A stretch of 54,413 nt of DNA from the IMG/VR virus record IMGVR_UViG_3300045454_000116, positions 1-54,413 of that record; one strand, given 5' to 3'. The translations under genes and the position numbers were made by a program. Below the pieces are notes generated by a model. It ran no database searches. It had not been told where the DNA came from and worked only from the letters and a program-made list of their open reading frames with translations. This document shows, piece by piece, positions 1 to 9,125 of this stretch; the first letter of the stretch is position 1, and the number at the start of each line of letters is the position of its first letter. This stretch comes from a virus (taxonomy: Duplodnaviria; Caudoviricetes).

Positions 1-2097
1 TCACCAGACCTTCGCCCGTGCGCGTTCTGGCCGGTACATAGGATCTCCTGGCTGCACACCGAAAGCTTCATAGAACTCGGGAATATTCATCACGACGCCG
101 TTTACTCGTTCCCGGGCGGGGGCATAGCCCCCTCCGCCTCTCAGCCGGGTGGCGAGCGACTCCGGTCTCTCGTGTCCCATGCGGGCGTACGCATACGCCA
201 GGAAGAACCTCTGCAGCGGCGTGAACCCACCAACGCGCTCGTTCTTCTTAAACTGATCTGTCTTCTTGAACGCGTCGAGGGCAATGCGCAGGCCTACCAG
301 GTCCGCCATGTTCTCTCGGAGGGTGCCCCTTCCGTCAATGTGCAAGCCCTCGATCGGCATCAAATCGTTGTACTGGTCCACCAATACCTGCGCGCGTCCT
401 TCGAACGCCTCCGTGTCCGCCGCCGTCCACCAATCGACCCTGTTGCCCTCTGCATCATAGTGCCTGCCTTCGCTGTCGAGGGCGTGAGCGATTTCATGGC
501 CAAGCCACGTAGCGCCATACACGATGGCGTCATCGAGTCGCTGGCCGCGCAGTCCCGGGGGAGTCGGGTTCGATACGCGCACCTCATTGCTGCTGTCGAG
601 ATATTCCGCATCACCGCCAATGCTCGGATGCAGGCCGGTCTCGCCCCTGTCGACGGCTGCGCTCAGGCTCCTGATTTCCCGGTCGTGGAACCATTCGGCT
701 GAGCGAATCATGTTCTGCACGTACGAATCCCGCCGCAACGGCATCGTGCTGAAATCTATCCATCGTTCGGGATACCCGATCGTGATCTTCAGCCGGTCCA
801 GCTTGAGCCTTGCTCTGTCCTTCGTGCTGTCGCTCATCCAGTCCAAGTGCTCGACCCGATCCCGGAACGCCTGTCGAATGGACTCGGCGACGGCTCGGTA
901 GCGGGACCTTGCGTTCGGAGGAAGGTCCGCATCAACGTAGAGCTTCGCCAGCGGCAGTCCCAGCCAGTTCTTCAACTGCCATACCAGACGCCTCCACCGG
1001 GGCTCTGGCTGTAGCTGCCCGGTGACCGTGCTCTTGTATGCAAAGAACTCGCTGTAGGTCCCGTCGTCGAGAAACGGCGCGTTCGTCTTGACCAGCCAGA
1101 ACTGGAGATAGTCCTTCCATGTCTCGAGGGGGACCGCGCGCAGCAGCGCATCCAGCGCTCGAAAGAATCCCGGCTGACGCAGATCGACCGAGTCAATTCC
1201 GGTCGCGCCAATCTGTCGAAAGTACCGGCTCCAGTCGATCCCCGGCGCCAACTCGCTCAGGTCGGCAGGTCGCATCCTGCGAGACTGATTGCCCTGCTCG
1301 AAGCCGGCTGCCAGTCCGGCCTCGAGGTCGAAGACCGCGCGGGCGCTGGCCCTGGCCTTGCCGCTGTCACCGTGAAGTCGAAGGAACGTTCGGAACAGAT
1401 ACTCGCGGAACGCATTCTGCACCTTCACCCGTGGAGGATCGGTCGCGGAGTAGGCCAGCCGGCCCATAGTGAGGCCACCTTGTGACAGGCTGTAGATCCG
1501 CAGATGACTATTGGCCTGGTCCCTCTCCACGCCGTCGTCGAACAGCACGCGTTGCCGCACGAAGAAGTTGTCCCAGAGCATGTTTCTCCTGTGCAGCATG
1601 GCGACGACATCGATCAGATCCCGAACCGAACGGATGGCGCCGATCCGATCTAGGTCGGGCTTCAAGGGAACGAGTCCCTGTTGGTTGATGGCCGCGGAAT
1701 CCATCCCGGTGGCCCACACGTCGCCGACCAACTGCTCTGCGGTCCCGCGGCCCGCTTTCTTCGCCGCAGCGTTCTCGCTAATGGTTCGCAGCCGTGCGTA
1801 GATCTCATCGCTCGCAACGTTCCAGCCCCCCCATCCTGCCTGGTCCTCGGGGATGGGATTGCGGTTGAGCCATCCTCCGCCCGCATACCGGAAGAAATCC
1901 TCCCGCGGCGAGACTGCCGGGTCGATGTTCTGAGACAGCAAGTCCTGTGCAGGCTGTGGTGCCGATGGCGGGGCGCCCATCGTGAGCGAGAAGAGGACGA
2001 TGAGGTACAGTGCGGTTGCTGGTCTGGCGAGATGCGGCCACCGAGGGGCTGGCGTGGGGCACCTGGAAGGCCGAACAAGTCGTGTGCCGAGAGTCAT
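1..2097 (-). CDS. M13 family (neprilysin/PepO-like) zinc metallopeptidase; probable host gene left of the prophage
   Basis: N-terminal signal/TM segment, 'PREDFFRYAGGGW' M13 N-terminus, HExxH (GHEIAH), ENMAD third zinc-ligand motif, 'QRFFLAYA', C-terminal 'KVW'. Exact start uncertain. Confidence 0.9.
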   Translation of the reverse strand: MTLGTRLVRPSRCPTPAPRWPHLARPATALYLIVLFSLTMGAPPSAPQPAQDLLSQNIDPAVSPREDFFRYAGGGWLNRNPIPEDQAGWGGWNVASDEIYARLRTISENAAAKKAGRGTAEQLVGDVWATGMDSAAINQQGLVPLKPDLDRIGAIRSVRDLIDVVAMLHRRNMLWDNFFVRQRVLFDDGVERDQANSHLRIYSLSQGGLTMGRLAYSATDPPRVKVQNAFREYLFRTFLRLHGDSGKARASARAVFDLEAGLAAGFEQGNQSRRMRPADLSELAPGIDWSRYFRQIGATGIDSVDLRQPGFFRALDALLRAVPLETWKDYLQFWLVKTNAPFLDDGTYSEFFAYKSTVTGQLQPEPRWRRLVWQLKNWLGLPLAKLYVDADLPPNARSRYRAVAESIRQAFRDRVEHLDWMSDSTKDRARLKLDRLKITIGYPERWIDFSTMPLRRDSYVQNMIRSAEWFHDREIRSLSAAVDRGETGLHPSIGGDAEYLDSSNEVRVSNPTPPGLRGQRLDDAIVYGATWLGHEIAHALDSEGRHYDAEGNRVDWWTAADTEAFEGRAQVLVDQYNDLMPIEGLHIDGRGTLRENMADLVGLRIALDAFKKTDQFKKNERVGGFTPLQRFFLAYAYARMGHERPESLATRLRGGGGYAPARERVNGVVMNIPEFYEAFGVQPGDPMYRPERARAKVW

Positions 2098-2231
2098 GTG
2101 GGGATTCCGACAACGGTGGCGTTACACCAGCGCACGCATCCAACGCGACAGATGCCCAGCGGCCACATTAGAACCTGTATTTTGAAATCTTATCCCATTC
2201 TGGCAAGACTTGGGCTGCTGGGCCTCAAGCC

Positions 2232-2262
2232 GGACAAATCGTCCTCACGCGACGTACATAGT
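2232..2262 (+). promoter_or_regulatory. Putative ECF-type promoter GGACAA-N16-GTACATAGT upstream of the recombinase operon
   Basis: Same motif and spacing recur at 28182-28212; the element encodes a sigma-like factor. Confidence 0.55.
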
Positions 2263-2362
2263 TAACGAACGCGGCACAAAGCCGCGTCGATCCCATCCAC
2301 CAGACGCCGGCTCGACCGCGCAGCGGAGATCGTCGTGGGTGGTCTTCCGAAGGAGACCGCTC

Positions 2363-2512
2363 ATGCGCGATCGCGACGCCGCGCTCGATCAAGCCATTCG
2401 CGAGGTCGCCGCCATTCTCGGCGACGCCCTCGTGCGCCTGATCTTCTCGAATCCGGCCATCCAGCAAGTTGACTTCCCGGAGACAGAGAGCCCTCATGGG
2501 ACTGCTGGTTAA
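2363..2512 (+). CDS. Small hypothetical protein (49 aa)
   Basis: AGGAG RBS before ATG 2363; directly precedes the DUF2924-like gene. Confidence 0.5.
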   Translation: MRDRDAALDQAIREVAAILGDALVRLIFSNPAIQQVDFPETESPHGTAG

Positions 2513-2516
2513 CGTC

Positions 2517-3041
2517 ATGAAGACTGAGAACGAGATCCGACAGGAGATCGAGGGCCTCCGCAACCTGACCACGGCGCAGCTCAAGGAGAAGTACCGCGAG
2601 GTCTTCGGCGAGGAGTCCCGATCCAATCACAAGCAGTTCCTGTTCCGCCGCATCGCCTGGCGCATCCAGGCGAATGCGTGGGGCGGCCTCTCCGAGCGCG
2701 CACGCCAGCGCGCGCTCGAGATTGCAGACGACGCCGATCTCCGCATCCGCGCGCCCAAGAACTTCCTTCGGGAACCACTCGACGACGGCCGGAACATGGA
2801 GGCGCGCCTGAAGCCGTCGCTCGACCCGCGGTTGCCGCTGCCCGGCACGCCGCTCATTCGCCGCTACCAGGGCAAGGACATCGTCGTCCACGTCCGGCCC
2901 GATGGCGGGTTCGAGTGCAACGGCAGAATCTACACGTCGCTGAGCCGCGCGGTGACGGAGGCGACGGGCACGCGCTGGAACGGCTTTGCCTTTTTCAACC
3001 TCGGCCACCGGCCCGGAGTGAAGCATGGCGAACGGGAATAA
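2517..3041 (+). CDS. DUF2924-like protein (recombinase-associated)
   Basis: 'FLFRRIAWRIQA..GGLS', 'PLPGTPLIRRYQG', 'SLSRAVTEATGTRWNGFAFF' match this family; overlaps the recombinase start. Confidence 0.85.
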   Translation: MKTENEIRQEIEGLRNLTTAQLKEKYREVFGEESRSNHKQFLFRRIAWRIQANAWGGLSERARQRALEIADDADLRIRAPKNFLREPLDDGRNMEARLKPSLDPRLPLPGTPLIRRYQGKDIVVHVRPDGGFECNGRIYTSLSRAVTEATGTRWNGFAFFNLGHRPGVKHGERE

Positions 3042-4554
3042 CGGCAACGGCGCACCCAAGCCGGTCCGCTGCGCCATTTACACCCGGAAGTCCACCGACG
3101 AGGGGCTGAACCAGGATTTCAACTCCCTCGATGCGCAGAGGGACGCCGGCGAGGCCTACATCCGGAGCCAGGCCGGCGAGGGCTGGACGCTCCTGCCCGA
3201 CCAGTACGACGACGGCGGCTACACCGGCGCCAACATGGACCGCCCGGCGCTGCGCCGCCTGCTGGCGGACATCCAGGCCAGGAAGGTCGATTGCGTGGTG
3301 GTGTATAAGGTGGACCGGCTCAGCCGCTCCATCCGCGACTTCGCCAAGATCATGGAGATCCTGGAGAAGCACGGCGCGACGTTCGTGTCGGTCACGCAGC
3401 AGTTCAACACCACCACCTCCCTCGGTCGCCTCACACTCAACATCCTGCTCTCGTTCGCGCAATTCGAACGGGAGATCATCAGCGAGCGCACGCGCGACAA
3501 ACAGATTCTGGCGCGCAAGCGCGGCAAGTGGACAGGCGGTCATGTGCCGCTAGGTTACAACGTCGTGGACGGCTGCCTGGCCATCAACGAGGAAGAGGCT
3601 GCCCGCGTGCGCCAGGTGTTCGAGTGGTACCTGGAAGGCCACTCCGTCCATGGCATTGTGGCGAAATGCGAGGACCTCGGCTGGCGCAACAAGCAGTGGG
3701 CAACCAAAGAGGGCAAAACGTTCGGCGGCCATCCCCTGCGGAAGTGCCACATCTACACGATGCTGGCGAACCCGCTCTACGCCGCGCGCATCCGCGCCGC
3801 CGACGAGGTCGTGGCCGCCGCACACCCCCGGATCGTCGACGACAACACCTTCGACTTGGTCCAGCAGAAGCTGATGGAGAACACGCGGAATCCCGGCCGC
3901 GGGCACGGGCCCAAATTGGAGGCTCTGTTGCGCGGCCTCCTGTACTGCGCATGCTGCGGGTCGGCCATGTCACCGAGCTACTCGTCAAGTAGGAACCGGC
4001 GCTACCGATACTACGTCTGCCTCCGCACCATGCAGCGGAACGGTGACGGGTGCACAACGCGCGCCGTGTCCGCGCCGGTGGTCGAGGAGGCGGTCATTGA
4101 GAGCGTGCGGCGGTTCGCCACGCAGCCCGAGGTCGTCGAAGCGATCGCCCGGGCGGCGCGCCAGCGGTTGACCGAGGAATTGGGCCGGCATCGCGAGGAG
4201 TTGAAGGCCCTCAATGTCCGTATCCGGAACGCCAAGTCGCAACTCGTGCGGGCGAAGAACCTGGACCCCGACCGGGAGGCCGCGCTCCGCGACGTCGTTT
4301 CGTCGGGAGAAGCCAAAGCGGAGCAACTGCGCGGCCTGGTGGAGCGCGGCGAACGGCTAAGGTTCGATGACCAGATGTTGCGCCAGCGCATGGCGACGTT
4401 TGACGAGGTCTGGAAGACCATGACGATCCAGCAGCAGGCGGCGCTGCTGCGCCAGTTGATCGAACGGGTCGGCTACGACGCCCGCGGCGACAAGGTAAAG
4501 GTCACCTACAACTCGAACGGTATCCGGGAGTTCTGCAAAGGAGCGACAAAGTGA
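3025..4554 (+). CDS. Large serine recombinase (integrase)
   Basis: 'AIYTRKST' catalytic Ser motif, 'VVYKVDRLSRS', recombinase domain, zinc ribbon 'LLYCACCGSAM...YYVC', coiled coil. Confidence 0.95.
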   Translation: MANGNNGNGAPKPVRCAIYTRKSTDEGLNQDFNSLDAQRDAGEAYIRSQAGEGWTLLPDQYDDGGYTGANMDRPALRRLLADIQARKVDCVVVYKVDRLSRSIRDFAKIMEILEKHGATFVSVTQQFNTTTSLGRLTLNILLSFAQFEREIISERTRDKQILARKRGKWTGGHVPLGYNVVDGCLAINEEEAARVRQVFEWYLEGHSVHGIVAKCEDLGWRNKQWATKEGKTFGGHPLRKCHIYTMLANPLYAARIRAADEVVAAAHPRIVDDNTFDLVQQKLMENTRNPGRGHGPKLEALLRGLLYCACCGSAMSPSYSSSRNRRYRYYVCLRTMQRNGDGCTTRAVSAPVVEEAVIESVRRFATQPEVVEAIARAARQRLTEELGRHREELKALNVRIRNAKSQLVRAKNLDPDREAALRDVVSSGEAKAEQLRGLVERGERLRFDDQMLRQRMATFDEVWKTMTIQQQAALLRQLIERVGYDARGDKVKVTYNSNGIREFCKGATK

Positions 4555-4940
4555 AGGACCGCTGCGAAGACGAGATTGCGCTCAAGTGGCCGGCGCGCCA
4601 TGTGGCAGGCAAGCCGAAGAAGACTGCGGTTCCAGCGCCGCCGCGCATTCCCCGGATCACCCGCCTGATGGCGCTGGCCATCAAGTTCCAGGACATGATC
4701 GACCGTGGCGAGGTGAAGGACTACGCCGACCTGGCCCGCCTGGGTTTCGTGACAAGGGCGAGGATCACGCAGATCATGAACCTTTGCCTGCTCGCGCCGG
4801 ACATCCAGGAGGAGATCCTGGAAGGCACTGGGGCGATTGAGCGATCTCTTCGCCGTGTGGGTAGCTTGGCGCAATGGGATCAGCAAAGAGCGGAATGGGC
4901 CAGGACCGCGAGGCGTGGCACTCAGCGCCCGGCGGCCTGA
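4551..4940 (+). CDS. Recombinase-associated HTH-like protein
   Basis: GTGA overlap with the recombinase; 'YADLARLGFVTRARITQIMNLCLLAPDIQEEIL' HTH-like motif. Confidence 0.75.
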   Translation: MKDRCEDEIALKWPARHVAGKPKKTAVPAPPRIPRITRLMALAIKFQDMIDRGEVKDYADLARLGFVTRARITQIMNLCLLAPDIQEEILEGTGAIERSLRRVGSLAQWDQQRAEWARTARRGTQRPAA

Positions 4941-5413
4941 GCAGCGGCCTCGACCCAACGGGCGAAGCCGTGGTATCCGTCATGCTGGACCCAATCATAG
5001 GTTGGATAGATCTGGGATAGGTAGGTGCGCCGGCCGTTGTCTTCCAGATACAGTTTGTCGAAGGGATTCGCACCGCGAACGTCGGGGCGCCCGTACTTAT
5101 CTTTGATCCCGTCGACATAGATCCCCAACAGGCCGTTACCTCGTTCGAGGCTCTTCTTGATCTCGTACACCACCCACTCTCGGCTGGCAGTTTCGGCACC
5201 GATCAACACTGCGGTCACCGAAGTGTTTTCCAGCCCTCGGTTGATCATCCGCTTGATCGCCTCATCGCCCTGTTTCTTGGCCTCTTCCCACAAGGACGCA
5301 TCCCAGAAGCCGGCGGCCTCCCGGTCAGGCTGTGTCACCCAGCTGTTCCGGACAACATTCGCCCGCCAGATGTCCCGCTCGTAGTGAAAGCTGAAGAAAA
5401 CGCGCCGTGCCAT
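4922..5413 (-). CDS. TIR-domain protein (MTH538/DUF1863, ThsB-like)
   Basis: 'RRVFFSFHYERD', 'TSVTAVLIGAET', 'REWVVYEI' with the putative catalytic Glu, 'RGNGLLGIY'. Confidence 0.88.
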   Translation of the reverse strand: MARRVFFSFHYERDIWRANVVRNSWVTQPDREAAGFWDASLWEEAKKQGDEAIKRMINRGLENTSVTAVLIGAETASREWVVYEIKKSLERGNGLLGIYVDGIKDKYGRPDVRGANPFDKLYLEDNGRRTYLSQIYPTYDWVQHDGYHGFARWVEAAAQAAGR

Positions 5414-5428
5414 AAGAGAGGCCCTCCT

Positions 5429-5854
5429 TTATCTCGTCCAGAAGCGAATGATGATGGCTGCTGCTACAACCGCCAGGACCACCACTCCGTGGATGGCCAG
5501 GATCGAGTGCGCCCAAAGCGTCTGAAACCAGCTTGGAACCTTCTCCGCATACTCCTTCGTTGACATGGAGAACGGTTCCACCGTACGCAAGGTCTCGGCC
5601 GAGGCAAGCCGGAGCTCATCGTAGAGTTTCCGGAACAGCCGCTCCTGGCGGAGGTAGTAGGCGTCCAACCCCCAGAAGGAGAGCGCCGGCAGCAAGGCGA
5701 TTAAGGCGAACGTGGCGTTCGAATCCTTGGCGGCCAGTGCGAAGAGCGCGGCAGTCAAGGTAACGGTCCAGCCCTTGAGGAGAAAGGAATTGGCCGCCAT
5801 TCTGGTGACAACGCCTTGAATCAGCTCTAAGTGCTTTACAACGTCTTCCGTCAT
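5429..5854 (-). CDS. Small membrane protein (about 3 TM), candidate effector paired with the TIR gene
   Basis: 'KHLELIQGVVTRMAANSFLLKGW', two hydrophobic segments, 'DAYYLRQERLFRKLYD', C-terminal TM; ends 15 bp upstream of the TIR start. Start ATG 5854 chosen for its GGGAG RBS. Confidence 0.75.
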   Translation of the reverse strand: MTEDVVKHLELIQGVVTRMAANSFLLKGWTVTLTAALFALAAKDSNATFALIALLPALSFWGLDAYYLRQERLFRKLYDELRLASAETLRTVEPFSMSTKEYAEKVPSWFQTLWAHSILAIHGVVVLAVVAAAIIIRFWTR

Positions 5855-5893
5855 GGTCGGACTCCCGGCTTCTGGCTTGTCCCCGACCGCTAC

Positions 5894-5936
5894 TTGACTC
5901 ATCACGTACTATGTCATATGATCCCCAGCATGTCAA
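5894..5936. promoter_or_regulatory. Overlapping divergent sigma70-type promoters
   Basis: Plus strand: TTGACT(5894)-17 bp-TATGAT(5917-5922), with ATG at 5930. Minus strand: TTGACA(5936-5931)-17 bp-CATAGT. Confidence 0.65.
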
Positions 5937-7849
5937 CAATTTCGCACCGCGATGCTGATTCCTTCGCGAGTATCATCCGAGAGATCAGGGGACGTCTCGG
6001 CATCTCCCAAGAGAAGCTCGCGGCCCGGCTGCGAGTCTCATTTCCCACCGTAAGCCGTTGGGAAAAAGGGAAAACCGAGCCGGACGGGGCGGTGCGGCAC
6101 GCGGTGACCGAATTTGTGAAGTCTCTCGGGCCGGATTTCGCCGATCTCTACGCCCGCCTGGCTGGGGATGATGTGGAGGCTGTCCGCGTGGCTCCTGCCC
6201 GGCCGGCTCGACGTGGACGGCGCAAGCAGGTGCCCGAGTCTGTCCCTCCCGCCAACAGCAACGGCCAGCTGATGGACAACCGGTCCATGGAAACGCTGCT
6301 GTGGAAGGCGGCCTGCTCCATTCGCGGCGAGAAAGATGCCCCGAAGTTCAAGGACTATATCCTGCCGCTCATCTTCATCAAGCGGCTGTCAGATGTGTTC
6401 GAGGACGAGATCGCCCGGCTCAGCGAGGAATTCGGCGATGAAAAAACGGCGCTCAGCGTCATCGAAGCCGACCCGTCGCTGGTCCGTTTCTACATTCCTC
6501 CCGAGGCGACCTGGCCGGTTGTCAGCGGCCGCAAGAAGTTCGACTGGCCCGCGGACCGCAACCCGCGAACCCTTGGCGAGCAGCTCACCACGACGATCCG
6601 CGCCATCGCGAAAGCGAACCCCAGTCTTCAAGGCGTCATCGACATCGTCGACTACAACGAAACCCGCAACGGCGAGCGGGAAATCAGCGACGAAGCGCTG
6701 TCGCGCCTGATCGAGACGCTCAGCGATCCCCGCTACCGCCTCGGCCTGAACGACGTAGAGCCGGATTTCTTGGGCCGCGCCTACGAATACCTCCTGCGAA
6801 AGTTCGCTGAAGGCCAGGGGCAAAGCGCCGGCGAGTTCTTCACGCCGAAGGAGGTCGGCTGGCTGATGGCGCGGCTGATGGACCCCAAGCAAGGCGAGGA
6901 GGTCTATGACCCCTGCTGCGGCTCCGGCGGACTGCTGGTCAAGTGCCAGTTGGTGCTCAAGGAGCGCGAACAGAGGATCGACCGCCCGCTCAAACTTTAC
7001 GGCCAGGAGCTGACCGGCTCCTCCTTCGCCATCGCGCGGATGAACATGGTGCTGCACGATATGGCCGGCGAGATCGTCCGCGGCAACACCATGACCAATC
7101 CGAAGTTCCTGGAAGAAGGTCGTCTCAAGCGGTTCGACATCGTGGTGACCAATCCGATGTGGAACCAGGACAATTTCGATCCGAAGAGCTACGAGAACGA
7201 CCCGTATGAACGGTTCGAGACTCGCGGCGGCTACGCGCCGGCCTCCAGCGCGGACTGGGCCTGGCTCCAGCACGTCGCGGCGTCCATGAAGGATCACGGC
7301 CGCGCTGCCGTGGTGATCGATACCGGCGCCGCCAGCCGCGGCAGCGGCAGCCAGGGCGAGAACAAGGAAAAGACCATCCGCCGCTGGTTTGTGGAGCAGG
7401 ACCTGGTGGAAGGCGTCATTCTCCTTCCCGACAATCTCTTTTACAACACCACCGCCGCGGGCCTGATCGTTGTCCTAAACGCGGCGAAGCCCAAGAACCG
7501 GCGCGGCCAGGTGCTGCTGGTGAACGCGAGCGCGGAGTTCCGGAAAGGGCGCCCGAAGAACGAACTCACCGAGGAGGGCATCCGCAAGATTGTCCAATGC
7601 TTCCGCGAGTGGAAGGATCAGGAGGGGCTGTGCCGGGTGGTCGACCGACAGCAGATCGCCGAGGCGGACTACAACTTGTCGCCTGCTCGATTTGTACGGT
7701 CGGTATCCACGACAGAAACCGGTGACGTTCAGGCGATATTGGACCAGCTCGCGGATCTGAAGACGGAGTCTTCAAGGTTGGATTCGCAACTGAGCGAAGT
7801 CTTCGAGCGGCTTGGTTATCAGTGGAAAGGAGGAGCCATTGTACCCTGA
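5930..7849 (+). CDS. hsdM: Type I R-M methyltransferase subunit with N-terminal XRE-type HTH
   Basis: 'ISQEKLAARLRVSFPTVSRWEKG' HTH; HsdM N-domain 'LWKAACSIRG', 'GEFFTP', motif I 'YDPCCGSGG', motif IV variant 'NPMW'. Confidence 0.93.
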   Translation: MSTISHRDADSFASIIREIRGRLGISQEKLAARLRVSFPTVSRWEKGKTEPDGAVRHAVTEFVKSLGPDFADLYARLAGDDVEAVRVAPARPARRGRRKQVPESVPPANSNGQLMDNRSMETLLWKAACSIRGEKDAPKFKDYILPLIFIKRLSDVFEDEIARLSEEFGDEKTALSVIEADPSLVRFYIPPEATWPVVSGRKKFDWPADRNPRTLGEQLTTTIRAIAKANPSLQGVIDIVDYNETRNGEREISDEALSRLIETLSDPRYRLGLNDVEPDFLGRAYEYLLRKFAEGQGQSAGEFFTPKEVGWLMARLMDPKQGEEVYDPCCGSGGLLVKCQLVLKEREQRIDRPLKLYGQELTGSSFAIARMNMVLHDMAGEIVRGNTMTNPKFLEEGRLKRFDIVVTNPMWNQDNFDPKSYENDPYERFETRGGYAPASSADWAWLQHVAASMKDHGRAAVVIDTGAASRGSGSQGENKEKTIRRWFVEQDLVEGVILLPDNLFYNTTAAGLIVVLNAAKPKNRRGQVLLVNASAEFRKGRPKNELTEEGIRKIVQCFREWKDQEGLCRVVDRQQIAEADYNLSPARFVRSVSTTETGDVQAILDQLADLKTESSRLDSQLSEVFERLGYQWKGGAIVP

Positions 7850-9125
7850 CTTTCTCAACACCCTTCCTGGCGAATGGCAAGTGCTTCCGGTCAGTGAGGC
7901 ATGTACGTTCACCGCAAAACCACGCTCCCTTGACCTCGGAGAATACGAAGAGCTGGCCTTTGTACCAATGGATTTGATTCCGACAGGAAGATTGCATTTC
8001 TCGAGTTTCATCCTAAAGAGGCCGGCCGAAATTGCCAGCGGAACGTACTTCGAGGAAGGCGACCTCCTGGTGTCCAAGATCACGCCATGCTTTGAAAATG
8101 GGAAGCAGGGGATTGCCCAGGCGATCCCAAACGGATTCGGAATCGCGACAACTGAAGTGATCCCCCTGAAGCCGCGCGATGGCCTCACCCATCTGCCATT
8201 CATCGCATACTACCTGCTGCATCACGAAGTCCGACATCTAATCGCCGCAGCCATGGAGGGCGCAACGGGGCGGCAGCGACTGCCGAAAGATCTGCTGGCA
8301 CAATGGCCCGTTCCGATACCGCCGATTGACGAACAACGAGTAATTGCTCGTGTGCTCGAAACAATCCAGGCCGCAGCGCACGTCGAGGCGACGATCTCCG
8401 ACAAGCTGGCGGCGCTCAAGTCGGCGACGATGGCGAGGCTGTTCCGGGAGGGGCTGCGCGGCGAGCCGCTCAAGCAGACCGAGGTCGGCGAGATCCCGGA
8501 GAGTTGGGAGGTCAAGCCTGTGTCGGCAGTTTCCGATGCTGTGAGTGGCGGAACTCCCTCAAAGCAGCGGACGGACTGGTGGTGTGGTTCAATTCCGTGG
8601 GCCAGCCCTAAGGACATGAAGAAGCTTCGCCTGCGGGACACCGAGGACCACATTACCCCTGAGGCGGCTGAGGCTGGCTCGCGGATCGTACCAGCAAAGA
8701 CCGTCTTCATCGTAGTGCGCGGCATGGTGCTGGCGAAGGACGTGCCAGTCGCGATCACAGAGGTGCCAATGGCTTTCAACCAGGATATGAAGGCACTGCT
8801 ACCCTCTGAAAGAATCAATCCGGACTTCCTGCTGTACGCCCTTTGCGCCCGCAAATCGGCTCTGATCCAAGAGATCGGAACATCGGCGCATGGAACCCGC
8901 CGTATGTCCGGTTCGTCGATAGACGGACTTCTGATTCCCGTGCCCAAGTATCCCGAAGAGCAGCGGGACATCGCCGAGACACTGCACATGCTGGACCGGC
9001 GTGAAGAGATCTCGAAGGAGCGCGCGCGGTGTCTTCAGGCGCTCTTCTCTTCAACCTTGCACGCGCTCATGACCGGCGCGGTCCGGGTCAAGGACCTCGA
9101 CCTCGCGGAGGTCAGCCATGCCTAG
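7839..9125 (+). CDS. hsdS: Type I R-M specificity subunit
   Basis: Two TRDs with conserved repeats ('PPIDEQRVIA', 'GEIPESWEV', 'SGGTPS', 'EQRDIA'); likely TTG start at 7839 after AGGAGG. Confidence 0.93.
   Translation: MYPDFLNTLPGEWQVLPVSEACTFTAKPRSLDLGEYEELAFVPMDLIPTGRLHFSSFILKRPAEIASGTYFEEGDLLVSKITPCFENGKQGIAQAIPNGFGIATTEVIPLKPRDGLTHLPFIAYYLLHHEVRHLIAAAMEGATGRQRLPKDLLAQWPVPIPPIDEQRVIARVLETIQAAAHVEATISDKLAALKSATMARLFREGLRGEPLKQTEVGEIPESWEVKPVSAVSDAVSGGTPSKQRTDWWCGSIPWASPKDMKKLRLRDTEDHITPEAAEAGSRIVPAKTVFIVVRGMVLAKDVPVAITEVPMAFNQDMKALLPSERINPDFLLYALCARKSALIQEIGTSAHGTRRMSGSSIDGLLIPVPKYPEEQRDIAETLHMLDRREEISKERARCLQALFSSTLHALMTGAVRVKDLDLAEVSHA

Noticed and set aside
2098-2362. Precise attL site
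   Set aside because: Serine recombinase att cores are very short and the right junction is outside the window, so it cannot be assigned.
4922-5854. Canonical Thoeris type I or II call
   Set aside because: No SIR2-SLOG or Macro-domain ThsA is present; reported only as a TIR+TM candidate.
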